Shown piece after piece: positions 49,407 to 59,765 of a DNA stretch of 64,000 nt; positions within the stretch are counted from its first letter, which is position 1; each line of letters opens with the position of its first letter. A model generated the notes under the pieces. That model ran no database searches and had not been told where the DNA came from. It was given only the letters and a program-made list of their open reading frames with translations. The position numbers and the translations under genes were made by a program. This DNA is from an uncultured Bacillota bacterium. GTDB taxonomy: Bacteria; Bacillota; Clostridia; Christensenellales; UBA1242. The DNA lies in NCBI GenBank assembly GCA_949289785.1, contig CASEOW010000035.1:13851-77850 (forward strand). Reading direction: 5' to 3'.

Positions 49407-50951
49407 TTAATTGGTTTTTATTTTGTGTAATTCAAGTAGAACTTTGGCAGTAGCTTCAGCATCATTGTATGCCCTATGTGCATCTAAAAGATTTATTCCA
49501 AGAGCTTTAGTTACTGTAATTAATTTAAAATTTTTAACTCTCAAATTTGATTGTCTAACAACAATCATAGTATCTATTATTTCGTTTTCAAACTTTATGC
49601 CTATTTTAGAAGCAACTTTATTTAAAAATTTCATATCAAATCCAATTATATTATAACCACTTATAATACAATCTTGAGACCAATTATAAAAATCGACTAT
49701 AACATCTTCAATTTTAGGAGCAAATTCAACCATTTCATTTGTTATATTGTTTATTTTTTGAACATCTATTGGAATAGGATATTTAGGTTTAGAAAATGAA
49801 GAAAAGCGTTCAATTATTTTACCATTTTCAATTTTTACTGCACCTATTTCTATAATCTCACTATTTTCAAAATCAAGCCCGGTTGTTTCAAGGTCAAAAA
49901 CTACAAATTTATTATTCATAATAAATTCATCATATTGATTTTTAATCTCAAATAAATTTGATTGAGAATTTTGACTAATCTTTTCCGGAAAAACTATTTG
50001 TTTATGTGATTTTAAAAAATCATCATCTTTAGATAAATTTTCATTTAAAGTTATAGGACTGGCAAGTGTTATCTTTTTTACATAATAAGTAAGTTTATTG
50101 TTAAGCCCTATATTTATATCTCCTAACATCAGTAAATAATTTTCATTTTCAAGTGATTCCATTGCTTTTTCATGAGTTTTAGGACAAAAATAGACACATT
50201 CAATAACTCCAGTAACATCTTTTAAATTAAAAGTATATAAACTCTTTTCTTTTCCAGCATTTTTACCTTTTTTAATAATAAATTTCTTTTGGTTTATATT
50301 ATCAATAAATCCTGATAAGATGACTGAAAGTTTAGGTTTCTTATTGTTTTTTATAAATTCTGGTTTAGGAATTATATTATCTCCTATTAATTTTTTTTCT
50401 ACAATAACATCATATCTTTGTGTTTTAGTTTTTGTTGTAATTATATCTTCAGCAACTATTTCTTGTGGTAATTTTTCTTCATTTTCAATTAAGTTAATAT
50501 TAAAAATTGCAATGTACAGTTTTTGAAGATATTCTTTAAGACTCGTAATTAAATCTTTTTCATCTAAAAGAGATAAAACATCTTGATTTAATTTAATTTC
50601 GATATCAACATTTTGATCATGATAAGTCGAAGAAATATTATCTTCATTTAAATAAGGTAAAAGTGCCTTTTTATTTTCTAAAAAATATCTAATAATGTCA
50701 TTTTTAATTAATTTTTCATCAAGAAAACTTTTTTTATATTTTATTTTTAATTCTGCATTTAAAGAAAAAAACTTTTGAATAAATTGTTGAATTTCTAATC
50801 TATCGCTTTGATTCATTTCTTCTATTTGATAAGGATATAAAAAAGTAATTTGACAAAGCATTATATTTTTATCATAAACAATTTCCAAAAGTTTTAAATA
50901 TTCATATTTATTATTAAAGTTTTTATTTAATTTTTCTATCAATGATTCCAT
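49407..50951 (-). CDS. PolC-derived 3'-5' exonuclease (N-terminal region + OB fold + DEDDh); no PHP or polymerase domain
   Basis: polC locus between rseP and rimP; OB-like V.LSGFI..YTFNLKDVTGVIECVYF; Exo I FDLETTG, Exo II YNIIGFD, Exo III HRAYNDA; only 514 aa. Confidence 0.85.
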   Translation of the reverse strand: MESLIEKLNKNFNNKYEYLKLLEIVYDKNIMLCQITFLYPYQIEEMNQSDRLEIQQFIQKFFSLNAELKIKYKKSFLDEKLIKNDIIRYFLENKKALLPYLNEDNISSTYHDQNVDIEIKLNQDVLSLLDEKDLITSLKEYLQKLYIAIFNINLIENEEKLPQEIVAEDIITTKTKTQRYDVIVEKKLIGDNIIPKPEFIKNNKKPKLSVILSGFIDNINQKKFIIKKGKNAGKEKSLYTFNLKDVTGVIECVYFCPKTHEKAMESLENENYLLMLGDINIGLNNKLTYYVKKITLASPITLNENLSKDDDFLKSHKQIVFPEKISQNSQSNLFEIKNQYDEFIMNNKFVVFDLETTGLDFENSEIIEIGAVKIENGKIIERFSSFSKPKYPIPIDVQKINNITNEMVEFAPKIEDVIVDFYNWSQDCIISGYNIIGFDMKFLNKVASKIGIKFENEIIDTMIVVRQSNLRVKNFKLITVTKALGINLLDAHRAYNDAEATAKVLLELHKIKTN

Positions 50952-50960
50952 AAAGTTATT

Positions 50961-52145
50961 TTATAATAGAAAATGTAAAATGTCAATCAGAATTACGGCT
51001 CCAAATAAAACAATCAAACCTATTGTATGAATCATATTTTCAGTTTCTCTTTTTATAGGTTTTTTTCTTATAGCTTCGATTGATGTAAACAAAACATGTG
51101 CTCCATCTAAAGCTGGAATTGGCAAAATATTGAAAACAGCTAAATTGGCACTTATTAAAGGTATTAGAAGTAATAAATTAGATAAACTAGCTTGAGTGAA
51201 AGAAGCTATAGTTGCAATTGTGGTAACAGGTCCACCTATAGAAGAAATTGGAAGTTGAAAAGTAATTAATAAAAATAAACTCTTTAAAACAATCCAAGCA
51301 AGACCAAAAGAAAATGGTACAGCTCTTTCGAGAGCTTCACCGAAAGTATGAACATAAGCTTTAACATTCACATCCCAAAAATATTGATATTCAGTAATGA
51401 TTTCACCTTCATTATTATAAACAGGTTCTCCGTTTTCGTATTTTTCAACTAATACTTGTGCAAAACCTAATTGAACTTCCTTATATTCGCCATCTCTTCT
51501 CACAATTGCAGAAATTGTTGGATAATTTAAAAAAGCTTCTTTTTCGTCAATAGAAGAGTCTTTTTTTATCTCGTCAATATATGCTTTAAATTCATCTGCA
51601 TTTTGATTAACTATGTCATTATAATTTGCTCCATAAGCAAAATCAATTTTTTGTCCATCAATTGAGATAATAACATCACCAGATTGAAGTTTATCATCAT
51701 TACTTACATTTGTAAGATAACTTCCTTCTACAATGTGTTCTACATTTTGTGAATTTAGTTGAGTATATTCTACAAATTGTGGTATATCATAACCTATAGT
51801 ACAAAGTAATACAAGTGAAGTAACTACTGCAAAAGCAAAATTAAAAGATACGCCAGCAAGAAAAACTAAAATTCTTTTCCAAGGTTTTTGATTTACAAAA
51901 GAATCTTTATCTTTTTCATCACCATCTTCTCCAGCAAAGGCACAATATCCTCCTAAAGGAAATATTCTTAATGAAATTAATTCTCCCCTTTTATTTTTAC
52001 GAGAAAAAAGAGCTTTACCAAAGCCTACAGAAAATTCTGTAATTTTAAAATTTAACATTCTTCCAACAATATAATGTCCAAATTCGTGAACAAGAACCAT
52101 TAAAAGCAATACAACAATAGCTAAAATTATATAAAGAACAATCAT
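50961..52145 (-). CDS. rseP: Site-2 (RIP) zinc metalloprotease RseP/RasP
   Basis: HEFGH, FSVGFG, PLGGYC, PDZ-like insert, NILPIPALDG. Confidence 0.96.
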   Translation of the reverse strand: MIVLYIILAIVVLLLMVLVHEFGHYIVGRMLNFKITEFSVGFGKALFSRKNKRGELISLRIFPLGGYCAFAGEDGDEKDKDSFVNQKPWKRILVFLAGVSFNFAFAVVTSLVLLCTIGYDIPQFVEYTQLNSQNVEHIVEGSYLTNVSNDDKLQSGDVIISIDGQKIDFAYGANYNDIVNQNADEFKAYIDEIKKDSSIDEKEAFLNYPTISAIVRRDGEYKEVQLGFAQVLVEKYENGEPVYNNEGEIITEYQYFWDVNVKAYVHTFGEALERAVPFSFGLAWIVLKSLFLLITFQLPISSIGGPVTTIATIASFTQASLSNLLLLIPLISANLAVFNILPIPALDGAHVLFTSIEAIRKKPIKRETENMIHTIGLIVLFGAVILIDILHFLL

Positions 52146-52283
52146 TAATTCTCCTATTTTTATTATATTTTATATTAAATATTTTATAACTATCATTAAC
52201 AATATTATTTAAATAATAAAAAAATCAATAAAAACGGAAAAATTTTGATTTAAAATAATTTTTCCGTTCGTTAATATTTTTCG

Positions 52284-53255
52284 TTAAATTATTGTAAAAA
52301 GTATACTAAATGCTATAAATAAGTATGGTGCCAAGAAAATGTATGAATCAAATCTATCTAACATACCACCATGTCCAGGAAAAATAGCCCCTGAATCTTT
52401 GATTTTCGCACTTCTTTTAAGATAACTTTCAAATAAATCTCCTAATTGAGATATTACACTTCCAATTGCAGATATTACTATTATTCTCCAAATATTTATT
52501 CCTGAGATTGAAAGTTGTGAAGCCATAGCTGGTATTGAATTAAAAATACAAATCACTACAACAGAAAGCAATACACACCATAATAGCCCACCAACAGCTC
52601 CAGCAATTGTTTTGTTAGGACTTATTTTAGGAGCAAGTTTTTTGCCACCTATTAGACCACCCATTAAATAAGCAAAAGTATCAGTAAATATTGGTATCAA
52701 AAATGCGAATAATAGTACAACTAAAGAAATTAAACCATTTCCTTGAGATATTTTGCTAAAAGATGTTGTCATGTCTTCAAAATGATTAATTAAAACTAAA
52801 AATGAAAGCAAAAATGCAGGATATATAAATACTAATGTATTGTTTAAAGATTTCAAAAATGAAAATTTAAAAATACCAACATGCTTGTCCATATTTATAG
52901 TTTTAGACTCAATTTTTGTATTTTTTCTATTAACTAAAGTTATTAAAAATGTAATTAAAAAGAAAAGAATAATGCTTGCTACCATCATAACAATAGTATA
53001 AATAATTCCTATTTGACTATCAAAATTTATACAAATCAACAATATTAACATTAAGAATGCTGGAAATATTACAGAAAGTAACTTATTATTATATTTTCCA
53101 GTTTTTCCAAATATTTTAGAAGCTTCATAACTTGAAATACAGGTAATTAAAAGTATTAAAGCATCAAAAAAATAATTGCTTACATAAAATTTTAATATAA
53201 AAGCTAATATCAACACTAAAACTATGCCTATAGAAGTAAAAAATCTCGTTTTCAC
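52284..53255 (-). CDS. cdsA: Phosphatidate cytidylyltransferase
   Basis: DTFAY..G, ISPNKT, GDLFES..KR...KDSG..FPGHGGMLDRFDS. Confidence 0.97.
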   Translation of the reverse strand: MKTRFFTSIGIVLVLILAFILKFYVSNYFFDALILLITCISSYEASKIFGKTGKYNNKLLSVIFPAFLMLILLICINFDSQIGIIYTIVMMVASIILFFLITFLITLVNRKNTKIESKTINMDKHVGIFKFSFLKSLNNTLVFIYPAFLLSFLVLINHFEDMTTSFSKISQGNGLISLVVLLFAFLIPIFTDTFAYLMGGLIGGKKLAPKISPNKTIAGAVGGLLWCVLLSVVVICIFNSIPAMASQLSISGINIWRIIVISAIGSVISQLGDLFESYLKRSAKIKDSGAIFPGHGGMLDRFDSYIFLAPYLFIAFSILFTII

Positions 53256-53950
53256 TTTAATCCTCCATATCTTCTATTTCTTTTTTCATATTCTTTTAAA
53301 CATTTTATTAAATCTTTTTCTTTAAAATCAGGCCAAAAAAGTTTTGGAAAATATAATTCACTATATGCCATTTGATAAAGCATGAAATTTGATATTCTCA
53401 TTTCTCCACTTGTTCGAATAATAAAATCTGGTTGAGGTATTTGTTTAGTATCTAAAGCATTTAAAAGCATTTTTTCATCAATTCTTTTAATACCTTTTTC
53501 TATTAAAGAATTTACTGCCCTAACAATATCATCTCTTCCACCATAATTTAAAGCAAAAATAACTGTTAGTCCATCAAAATTTTTTGTTTTATCTTTTAAA
53601 TCATAAAGAGCCTTTTGTAAATCTTTAGGAAAAGGATCTAAAACTCCAATAGAATCAATTTTAATTTTATTTTTAATAAAAACATTATCTTCTTTATTCA
53701 AATAATCACGAAGTAAATCAAAAATACCATTAATTTCTTCATCACTTCTTTTCCAGTTTTCTGTAGAAAAAGCAAAAAATGAGCAAAATTTAATTTTGTA
53801 TTTTTGACAAGCAAGAACTGTGCGTTCAATAGCTTTAATTCCCTCTTTATGACCTAAATTTCTTTGTAAACCTCTTAAAGTTGCCCAACGACCATTTCCG
53901 TCCATAATTATTCCAATATGATTTGGTAATTTTTTAAAAATTTTCTGCAT
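53252..53950 (-). CDS. uppS: Undecaprenyl/polyprenyl diphosphate synthase
   Basis: HIGIIMDGNGRWA, AFSTENWKR, NYGGR, IRTSGE.RISNF. Confidence 0.98.
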   Translation of the reverse strand: MQKIFKKLPNHIGIIMDGNGRWATLRGLQRNLGHKEGIKAIERTVLACQKYKIKFCSFFAFSTENWKRSDEEINGIFDLLRDYLNKEDNVFIKNKIKIDSIGVLDPFPKDLQKALYDLKDKTKNFDGLTVIFALNYGGRDDIVRAVNSLIEKGIKRIDEKMLLNALDTKQIPQPDFIIRTSGEMRISNFMLYQMAYSELYFPKLFWPDFKEKDLIKCLKEYEKRNRRYGGLK

Positions 53951-54013
53951 AACAATCCTCTATTTTATCAAAACCTATAGAAATAATTATGATTATAATT
54001 TAGATTTTGACAA

Positions 54014-54580
54014 TTATACTTCCATAATTTCTTTTTCTTTAGTTTTATAATTGTCTTCTATCTTATCACAAGCATTATCAATTGCTTTTTGTATATCTTC
54101 ACTATATCCGTTTTTTTCATCTTCAGAAATTTCGCTGTTTTTTTCTAAGTCTTTTATCATTTCCATAGCATCTCTTCTTGCATTTCTAACTGCAATTTTG
54201 CTATCTTCAGCAATTTTTTTAATTGACTTAACAATTTCAAGACGCCTTTGTTCAGTTAACATAGGAAAGATTAATCTAATTACTTTTCCATCTTCATTAG
54301 GTGTAACACCTAAGTCAGCTTGACTAATAGCTTTAGAAATATTTTTTACTTGACTTTGATCCCAAACTGAAATAGCAAGAATTCTAGCTTCTGGAACAGT
54401 TATACTAGCCATGTTTTTTATAGGCGTAGGAACTCCATAATAATCTACATATACTTTGTCAAGAATATGAGGATTAGCACGACCTGCTCTTATAACTAAA
54501 TATTCATTTAATTGATGATTTATAGCCTTTTCAATTTCATTGTCAAGTTCTAACATTATATCTTCAATCATTTCACTCAT
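54014..54580 (-). CDS. frr: Ribosome recycling factor
   Basis: IRAGRANP, VDYYG.PTP, AVRNARRD. Confidence 0.98.
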   Translation of the reverse strand: MSEMIEDIMLELDNEIEKAINHQLNEYLVIRAGRANPHILDKVYVDYYGVPTPIKNMASITVPEARILAISVWDQSQVKNISKAISQADLGVTPNEDGKVIRLIFPMLTEQRRLEIVKSIKKIAEDSKIAVRNARRDAMEMIKDLEKNSEISEDEKNGYSEDIQKAIDNACDKIEDNYKTKEKEIMEV

Positions 54581-54731
54581 AAAAATCTCCTCTAGATTGT
54601 ATTTTACAATAATCTAAAAAAAAATGCAAATGATTTATATAAATATTAAATTATAAAGATATAAAAAAAAGAAGAAATAAATATAAATTATTTCTTCTTT
54701 TGAAAAGTTGACTTAAATTAAAAGTAGTTAT

Positions 54732-57700
54732 TTAATTTTTATTTGATAACCATTTTTCTAAAGTACCGCTATTTAATTCTTCATAAGGATACCAAGCAAT
54801 AGCTATAGGAATTGGATAAGATAAATTTTCAATATAACACCAACCAGAATAATCATTAAAATTGATTTTTCCTTTTTCACCTGTATTTAATTGATATAAG
54901 CAATTCTTAATGGTTTCTGAATTTCCTATTACACTTGTATTAACATTTATTGCAAGACAATTATTAATTTGCCCACCATTTCCTACAATACTTCCTTTAG
55001 TTGTTCCATTTACCGTTCCAGAAACAATACAATTTTCTATTATTGAAGTTGAATTTGCATTACCAGCAATTATTCCTGCTGTTTCACCATTTATAGTTGC
55101 ATTTTCAATTATTAAATTTTTTATTGTTCCTCCACTTATATTAGCAAATAAGCCAGCATAATTATTTATATAATTAGAATATTCATTTAATTCATCACTA
55201 GTAGTGAGATTTGTTATTTTATAACCTTTACCGTCATAATTGCCTGTGAAAGTATAGTTATTTCCCATTGGTAACCATATTACTCCACTCAAATCTATAT
55301 CATTAGTTTGAATAAAAGAATATGTATTTCCAATATCCTGTTTTTCTAATGTTACAGCTAATTTTAATAAATCATGTGCATTTGAAATTTCATAAGTTCC
55401 AGCTTGATTAAAAGATTCTATGCCATCCTCTATTGCTTCACTGGTTGCAGTAGCTTGCCACTGTGCTGTTAAGGTAACTGTTACTTTATCAGTTGATGTT
55501 AAATTTATGAAATAGTTTGATGTAATTTTTTTAGAAGTATCATTCCATTGATAATTTAAAGAAGAAGATGCTTTGCCATACTTTGCAGTGTTTGTATTTA
55601 ATCCACTTGCCGTCCAACCTAAAAATAAGTAACCTGTTTTGGTTGGATTATCAATTAATATTACTTGATCATAAATTGCACTTGAAGGGGTATTATTACC
55701 ATTCGTTCCACCATTTAGATTATAAGATATATTATAAGTAATTGCAGTCCATTGAGCGTAAAGTGTTATGGTTGAAGAACCATCAGCATTTGGATTTGAA
55801 ATTAAATTTTTTACATTTTGTCCTGCTAAGTATTTTGTTCCAGTTCCATTAGCATTTGTGTTCCAACTGTCAAATATATAACCTGTTTTTATGAAACCAT
55901 TATTACTTAAATTTTGAGAAACATTATAAGTAAAAGTTTGACTTGAAGTTGCACCTGCTGTATTTCCATTTCCATTGTAAATAACTTTATAACTAATAGG
56001 TTCATAAATTGCATATAAATTTAACGTATAATCATTATCATTTATGTATGTATTAAAACTATTTGTAGAAGTTATAACATCACCATTTTGAGTTAATGAC
56101 CATCCTTTAAAAATATATCCAGTTTTATTAGACATACTCTTTAAAACAATACTACTTATGTTATCATATTCATATGTGCTTGATGCATATGTTTCATCTA
56201 AATATTCATTTGTTTCAGTATTTTTATCATAATAATTTAATCTTAAAACATTGTACCTTGTAGTAATACAAATTACATTATCCCAACTTCCAGAAGGATT
56301 AAAAATATCACTAGTAGTATAACTACATGACCATATGACACCACTATTTGATTTAGTTAAAGTTCCTTTTCCGGTTGTAGTAGTTAAGTATATGTTTGTA
56401 ATTTGTGTACCTGTACTTCCTTTTATATTTGTAAGTGTCCATGTTTGGTTTTGATTTAAGTATGGATTGTCTGGTTTATTTGATAAAGAATTACCATTTG
56501 AAATAGTGTATTCTTCATCTGTTGTAGATATGTTGAAAGTCCCACCATTTTGTGTTGATCCATCAGGTTTGTAAAAATTAATATCTATTTTATAATAATT
56601 TTTCATTTTTATTGTTATAACATGTTTACTAGTACCGGTGCATTTAAAAATATAATTATTTCCACTTTTAGTCATAGTCAAACCACTACCGCAAGTAACA
56701 CTTTCAACTTTCATTCCTGATGCTGGAGTGATATTTGATATAGTCCAACTTTTATCAAATGAAATCTTAGCATCAGAACCACTTGGTTCATTATACAAAC
56801 CATTTAAAACTGTTCCTTCATCAGTAGTTAATGTAAATGTTCCATTTTCATCAGTTTGATAATCTTCAACACCATCTTGCCCTAAAATATTTATATTTAC
56901 ACTATATTCATTAGGTATATAATTTGCATAAAGATTTGAATTTGGAGTGTAAAAAAAACCACAATCTGGATCTGGATCGATATTACCTTCATCATCTACA
57001 TCAAAAACTTTTGTTCCTGTGCCATTTTTTCCTGTGTAAAACCCTTCAAGTGTGTATCCTGTTCTTTTAAAATTACTATAATTATAGCCACTATATTCTT
57101 GCTCAATTAATGTTGAATATCCTGTATAAAATTCATATGATTCAGAATTATAATTTATTAAATTATATTTGTAAAATGCAGTTATGTAAATGTATAAATT
57201 AGTGTTGCTTTCTGTTGCACTTCCAGTATCAAATTTAGTAGAAAATTCTAAAGAAGTTTTGTAATTTGATATTGAGAAACTTTGTAAAGTAATTTCTTTA
57301 ACATAAGTAGATCCTCTATAATATGTAACATATACTGAACCTATATAACATCCGCTTCTTGAAGATGTAATTTCAAAATTTAAAGTTCTACTTTTTTGAA
57401 TGAATGCTAACCATTTTTCATATGTACCAGTTTTTGTATTATATATACCACCATATAAACCATTACCACTACCATCTAGAGCAGAATAAGAATACTGTGC
57501 TGTTAAGTTTCCAGATACTATAGTATGTTCTCCATCATAAAGTAATGAATAAGAAAGAGAAAAAGGTGAATAATTTGTTGAAGTTTCTTTACTATTATAA
57601 CCCATTGAATATATTTGAACTGTAGCTGTTGTAGATGACGCTTTTGTTGTATTTTTATCGTTATCTTTATTTATTAATAAAAATAATATACCAACACTAA

Positions 57701-57770
57701 AAAGCATTAATATTATAAAAAATATAGTTGTAATCTTAATAAATTCTTTATTTTTATTAATCTTAAACAT
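54732..57770 (-). CDS. Large surface protein (1012 aa) with InlB B-type (Listeria-Bacteroides) repeats and a C-terminal GLUG-like domain
   Basis: N-terminal TM/signal; repeated KTGY.F.GW....LYA.W units; FIQTNDIDLS..W.P.G...FTGNYDGKGYKITNL. Confidence 0.85.
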   Translation of the reverse strand: MFKINKNKEFIKITTIFFIILMLFSVGILFLLINKDNDKNTTKASSTTATVQIYSMGYNSKETSTNYSPFSLSYSLLYDGEHTIVSGNLTAQYSYSALDGSGNGLYGGIYNTKTGTYEKWLAFIQKSRTLNFEITSSRSGCYIGSVYVTYYRGSTYVKEITLQSFSISNYKTSLEFSTKFDTGSATESNTNLYIYITAFYKYNLINYNSESYEFYTGYSTLIEQEYSGYNYSNFKRTGYTLEGFYTGKNGTGTKVFDVDDEGNIDPDPDCGFFYTPNSNLYANYIPNEYSVNINILGQDGVEDYQTDENGTFTLTTDEGTVLNGLYNEPSGSDAKISFDKSWTISNITPASGMKVESVTCGSGLTMTKSGNNYIFKCTGTSKHVITIKMKNYYKIDINFYKPDGSTQNGGTFNISTTDEEYTISNGNSLSNKPDNPYLNQNQTWTLTNIKGSTGTQITNIYLTTTTGKGTLTKSNSGVIWSCSYTTSDIFNPSGSWDNVICITTRYNVLRLNYYDKNTETNEYLDETYASSTYEYDNISSIVLKSMSNKTGYIFKGWSLTQNGDVITSTNSFNTYINDNDYTLNLYAIYEPISYKVIYNGNGNTAGATSSQTFTYNVSQNLSNNGFIKTGYIFDSWNTNANGTGTKYLAGQNVKNLISNPNADGSSTITLYAQWTAITYNISYNLNGGTNGNNTPSSAIYDQVILIDNPTKTGYLFLGWTASGLNTNTAKYGKASSSLNYQWNDTSKKITSNYFINLTSTDKVTVTLTAQWQATATSEAIEDGIESFNQAGTYEISNAHDLLKLAVTLEKQDIGNTYSFIQTNDIDLSGVIWLPMGNNYTFTGNYDGKGYKITNLTTSDELNEYSNYINNYAGLFANISGGTIKNLIIENATINGETAGIIAGNANSTSIIENCIVSGTVNGTTKGSIVGNGGQINNCLAINVNTSVIGNSETIKNCLYQLNTGEKGKINFNDYSGWCYIENLSYPIPIAIAWYPYEELNSGTLEKWLSNKN

Positions 57771-57923
57771 TTTTCTCCTTAATATTAAAAATGGAATCTA
57801 TAATATTATGTGTAAAAATAAAATTACTATATTTATATGATAATATTTTTTTTTAAATTAAGTCAAATCTTACAATATTTTTTTAAAAAAAACTTATAGT
57901 TGAACTATAAGTTTTTTTTAAAA

Positions 57924-58577
57924 TTATTTATTATTTATTTGCTTATTTACTTCGTCTGCAAGATTATCATTTCTTTTTTCAAGTCCTTCTCCCATTTCAA
58001 ATCTTGCAAATCTTCTTATAGATATTTTCTCACCTATTTGAAGAGTCTTTTCATTTATATAAGCTTGAATAGTAAGATTAGGATCTTTTACAAAAGTTTG
58101 TTCAAGAAGACAAACATCTTGATAGAATTTTTTTACTCTACCTTCAACCATTTTGTCTATAATTTGAGCAGGTTTTCCTTCATTTAATGCTTGATTTCTT
58201 AGAATTTCTTTTTCTTTTTCAAGTTCCTCAACTGGAACATCTTCTATTCTTACATATTTAGGTGCTGCTGCAGCAATTTGAAGAGCAACATCATGTCCGA
58301 TTTCTTGAAAAGCTTCTGTTTTAGCTACAAAATCTGTTTCACAATTAATTTCTACAAGCACACCAATTTTTCCACCCATATGAATGTATGATGTAACAAT
58401 ACCTTCAGATGCAATTCTTGATTGTTTTTTAGCAGCAGCTGCAATACCTTTTTCTCTAAGCCAAACTATAGCTTTTTCAAAATCTCCATCACATTCTACA
58501 AGAGCTTTTTTACAATCCATCATTCCTGCATTTGTTTTTGCTCTAAGTTCTGCAACATCTTTTGCTGTAAAATTCAT
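57924..58577 (-). CDS. tsf: Elongation factor Ts (short form)
   Basis: [32 protein letters not shown]. Confidence 0.99.
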   Translation of the reverse strand: MNFTAKDVAELRAKTNAGMMDCKKALVECDGDFEKAIVWLREKGIAAAAKKQSRIASEGIVTSYIHMGGKIGVLVEINCETDFVAKTEAFQEIGHDVALQIAAAAPKYVRIEDVPVEELEKEKEILRNQALNEGKPAQIIDKMVEGRVKKFYQDVCLLEQTFVKDPNLTIQAYINEKTLQIGEKISIRRFARFEMGEGLEKRNDNLADEVNKQINNK

Positions 58578-58579
58578 AA

Positions 58580-59488
58580 TTATTCTCCTTCTTCTTCAGA
58601 TTTTGTTTCATTAGAAACTTTTTCTTCTTTTGTTACTTCAGACTTATTTTCTTTCTTTTCAGTTTTTTTCTTTGAAGGTTTTTTTCTAGTATTTTTCTTT
58701 AAATTTTCTTCGCCTGCTTCTGCTATTTCAAGATTAGGTTTAGTTTCTGCAAGAACTTTTTCGATATCAATATCTTCATCTTGTTCTTCATCTTTTTTCA
58801 TAGAAACACCTTCTCTTGCTTCAATAACTGCATCAGCTAAAGCTGCAATAACAAGTTTTACACTTCTAATAGCATCATCGTTTCCAGGAATAACATATCC
58901 AATACCATCAGGGTTTCCATTAGTATCACAAAGACCAACCATTGGAATACCAAGAATTTTACATTCATTAACGCAAATGTGTTCTACATTTGGGTCAACA
59001 AGAATTACTGCACCTGGAAGTTCTCTCATTTCCTTAATTCCGCCTAAACTTTTTTCAAGTTTATCTCTTTCAGTCTTAAGTAATGTAACTTCTTTTTTAG
59101 GTAAAAGATCAAATTCACCAACTTTTTCCATTTGATTAAGTTTATTTAATCTTTCAATTCTTGATTTTATAGTTTTAAAGTTAGTTAAAAGTCCGCCGAG
59201 CCAATGCGAATTAATATAATACATTCCACATCTTTCAGCTTCCTCTTTTACAGCATCTTGTGCTTGTTTTTTTGTTCCTACGAAAAGAACGCTTTTTCCA
59301 CTAGCAACAACATCACGAATAAATATATAAGCTTTGTCTACTAGTTCTGAAGTTTGTTCTAGATTAATGATATGGATATCATTTCTTGCAGTAAAAATGT
59401 ATTTTTTCATTTTTGGATTCCATTTTCTTGTTTGATGTCCAAAATGAACGCCTGCTTCTAGAAGTTGTTTCATTGAAATAACTGACAT
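58580..59488 (-). CDS. rpsB: 30S ribosomal protein S2 with charged C-terminal extension
   Basis: [31 protein letters not shown]. Confidence 0.99.
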   Translation of the reverse strand: MSVISMKQLLEAGVHFGHQTRKWNPKMKKYIFTARNDIHIINLEQTSELVDKAYIFIRDVVASGKSVLFVGTKKQAQDAVKEEAERCGMYYINSHWLGGLLTNFKTIKSRIERLNKLNQMEKVGEFDLLPKKEVTLLKTERDKLEKSLGGIKEMRELPGAVILVDPNVEHICVNECKILGIPMVGLCDTNGNPDGIGYVIPGNDDAIRSVKLVIAALADAVIEAREGVSMKKDEEQDEDIDIEKVLAETKPNLEIAEAGEENLKKNTRKKPSKKKTEKKENKSEVTKEEKVSNETKSEEEGE

Positions 59489-59504
59489 TTTTCAAATTCC
59501 TCCT

Positions 59505-59655
59505 TTTTGTTTTTTGTCCTTCCCTATAGTTTTCAATCTCCTATTTACGACCCCAGATTTTATTAATCTTACAAATTGTGATATATAGTTTTGTTCACAA
59601 AATGGTTTTGGCAACTGTAAAAGAATATTCTATAGGTGCATATTTGTCCAATGAC
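59505..59655 (-). promoter_or_regulatory. Structured rpsB leader (probable S2 autoregulatory element)
   Basis: Long 5'UTR after a TTGCAT..TATAAT promoter; closing helix CCTATAG/CTATAGG with internal stems. Confidence 0.55.
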
Positions 59656-59765
59656 TAAATGATTATAGCATAAAAAATAAAAATATGCAAGAATTTATTT
59701 GAAATATTAAAAACAAAATAAAAATTTATAAATAAAAAATCTCTAATATATTAGAGATTTAAATT

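Noticed and set aside
49407..50951. polC pseudogene caused by a frameshift
   Set aside because: Single clean ORF with intact exonuclease motifs, and no PHP or polymerase remnants in the short spacer before rimP
58422..59135. 237-aa + strand ORF and other antisense ORFs in the track (e.g. 45412-45912, 30807-31244, 4781-5194)
   Set aside because: Shadow frames opposite well-conserved genes, with Phe/Ser/Ile-rich antisense composition and no RBS
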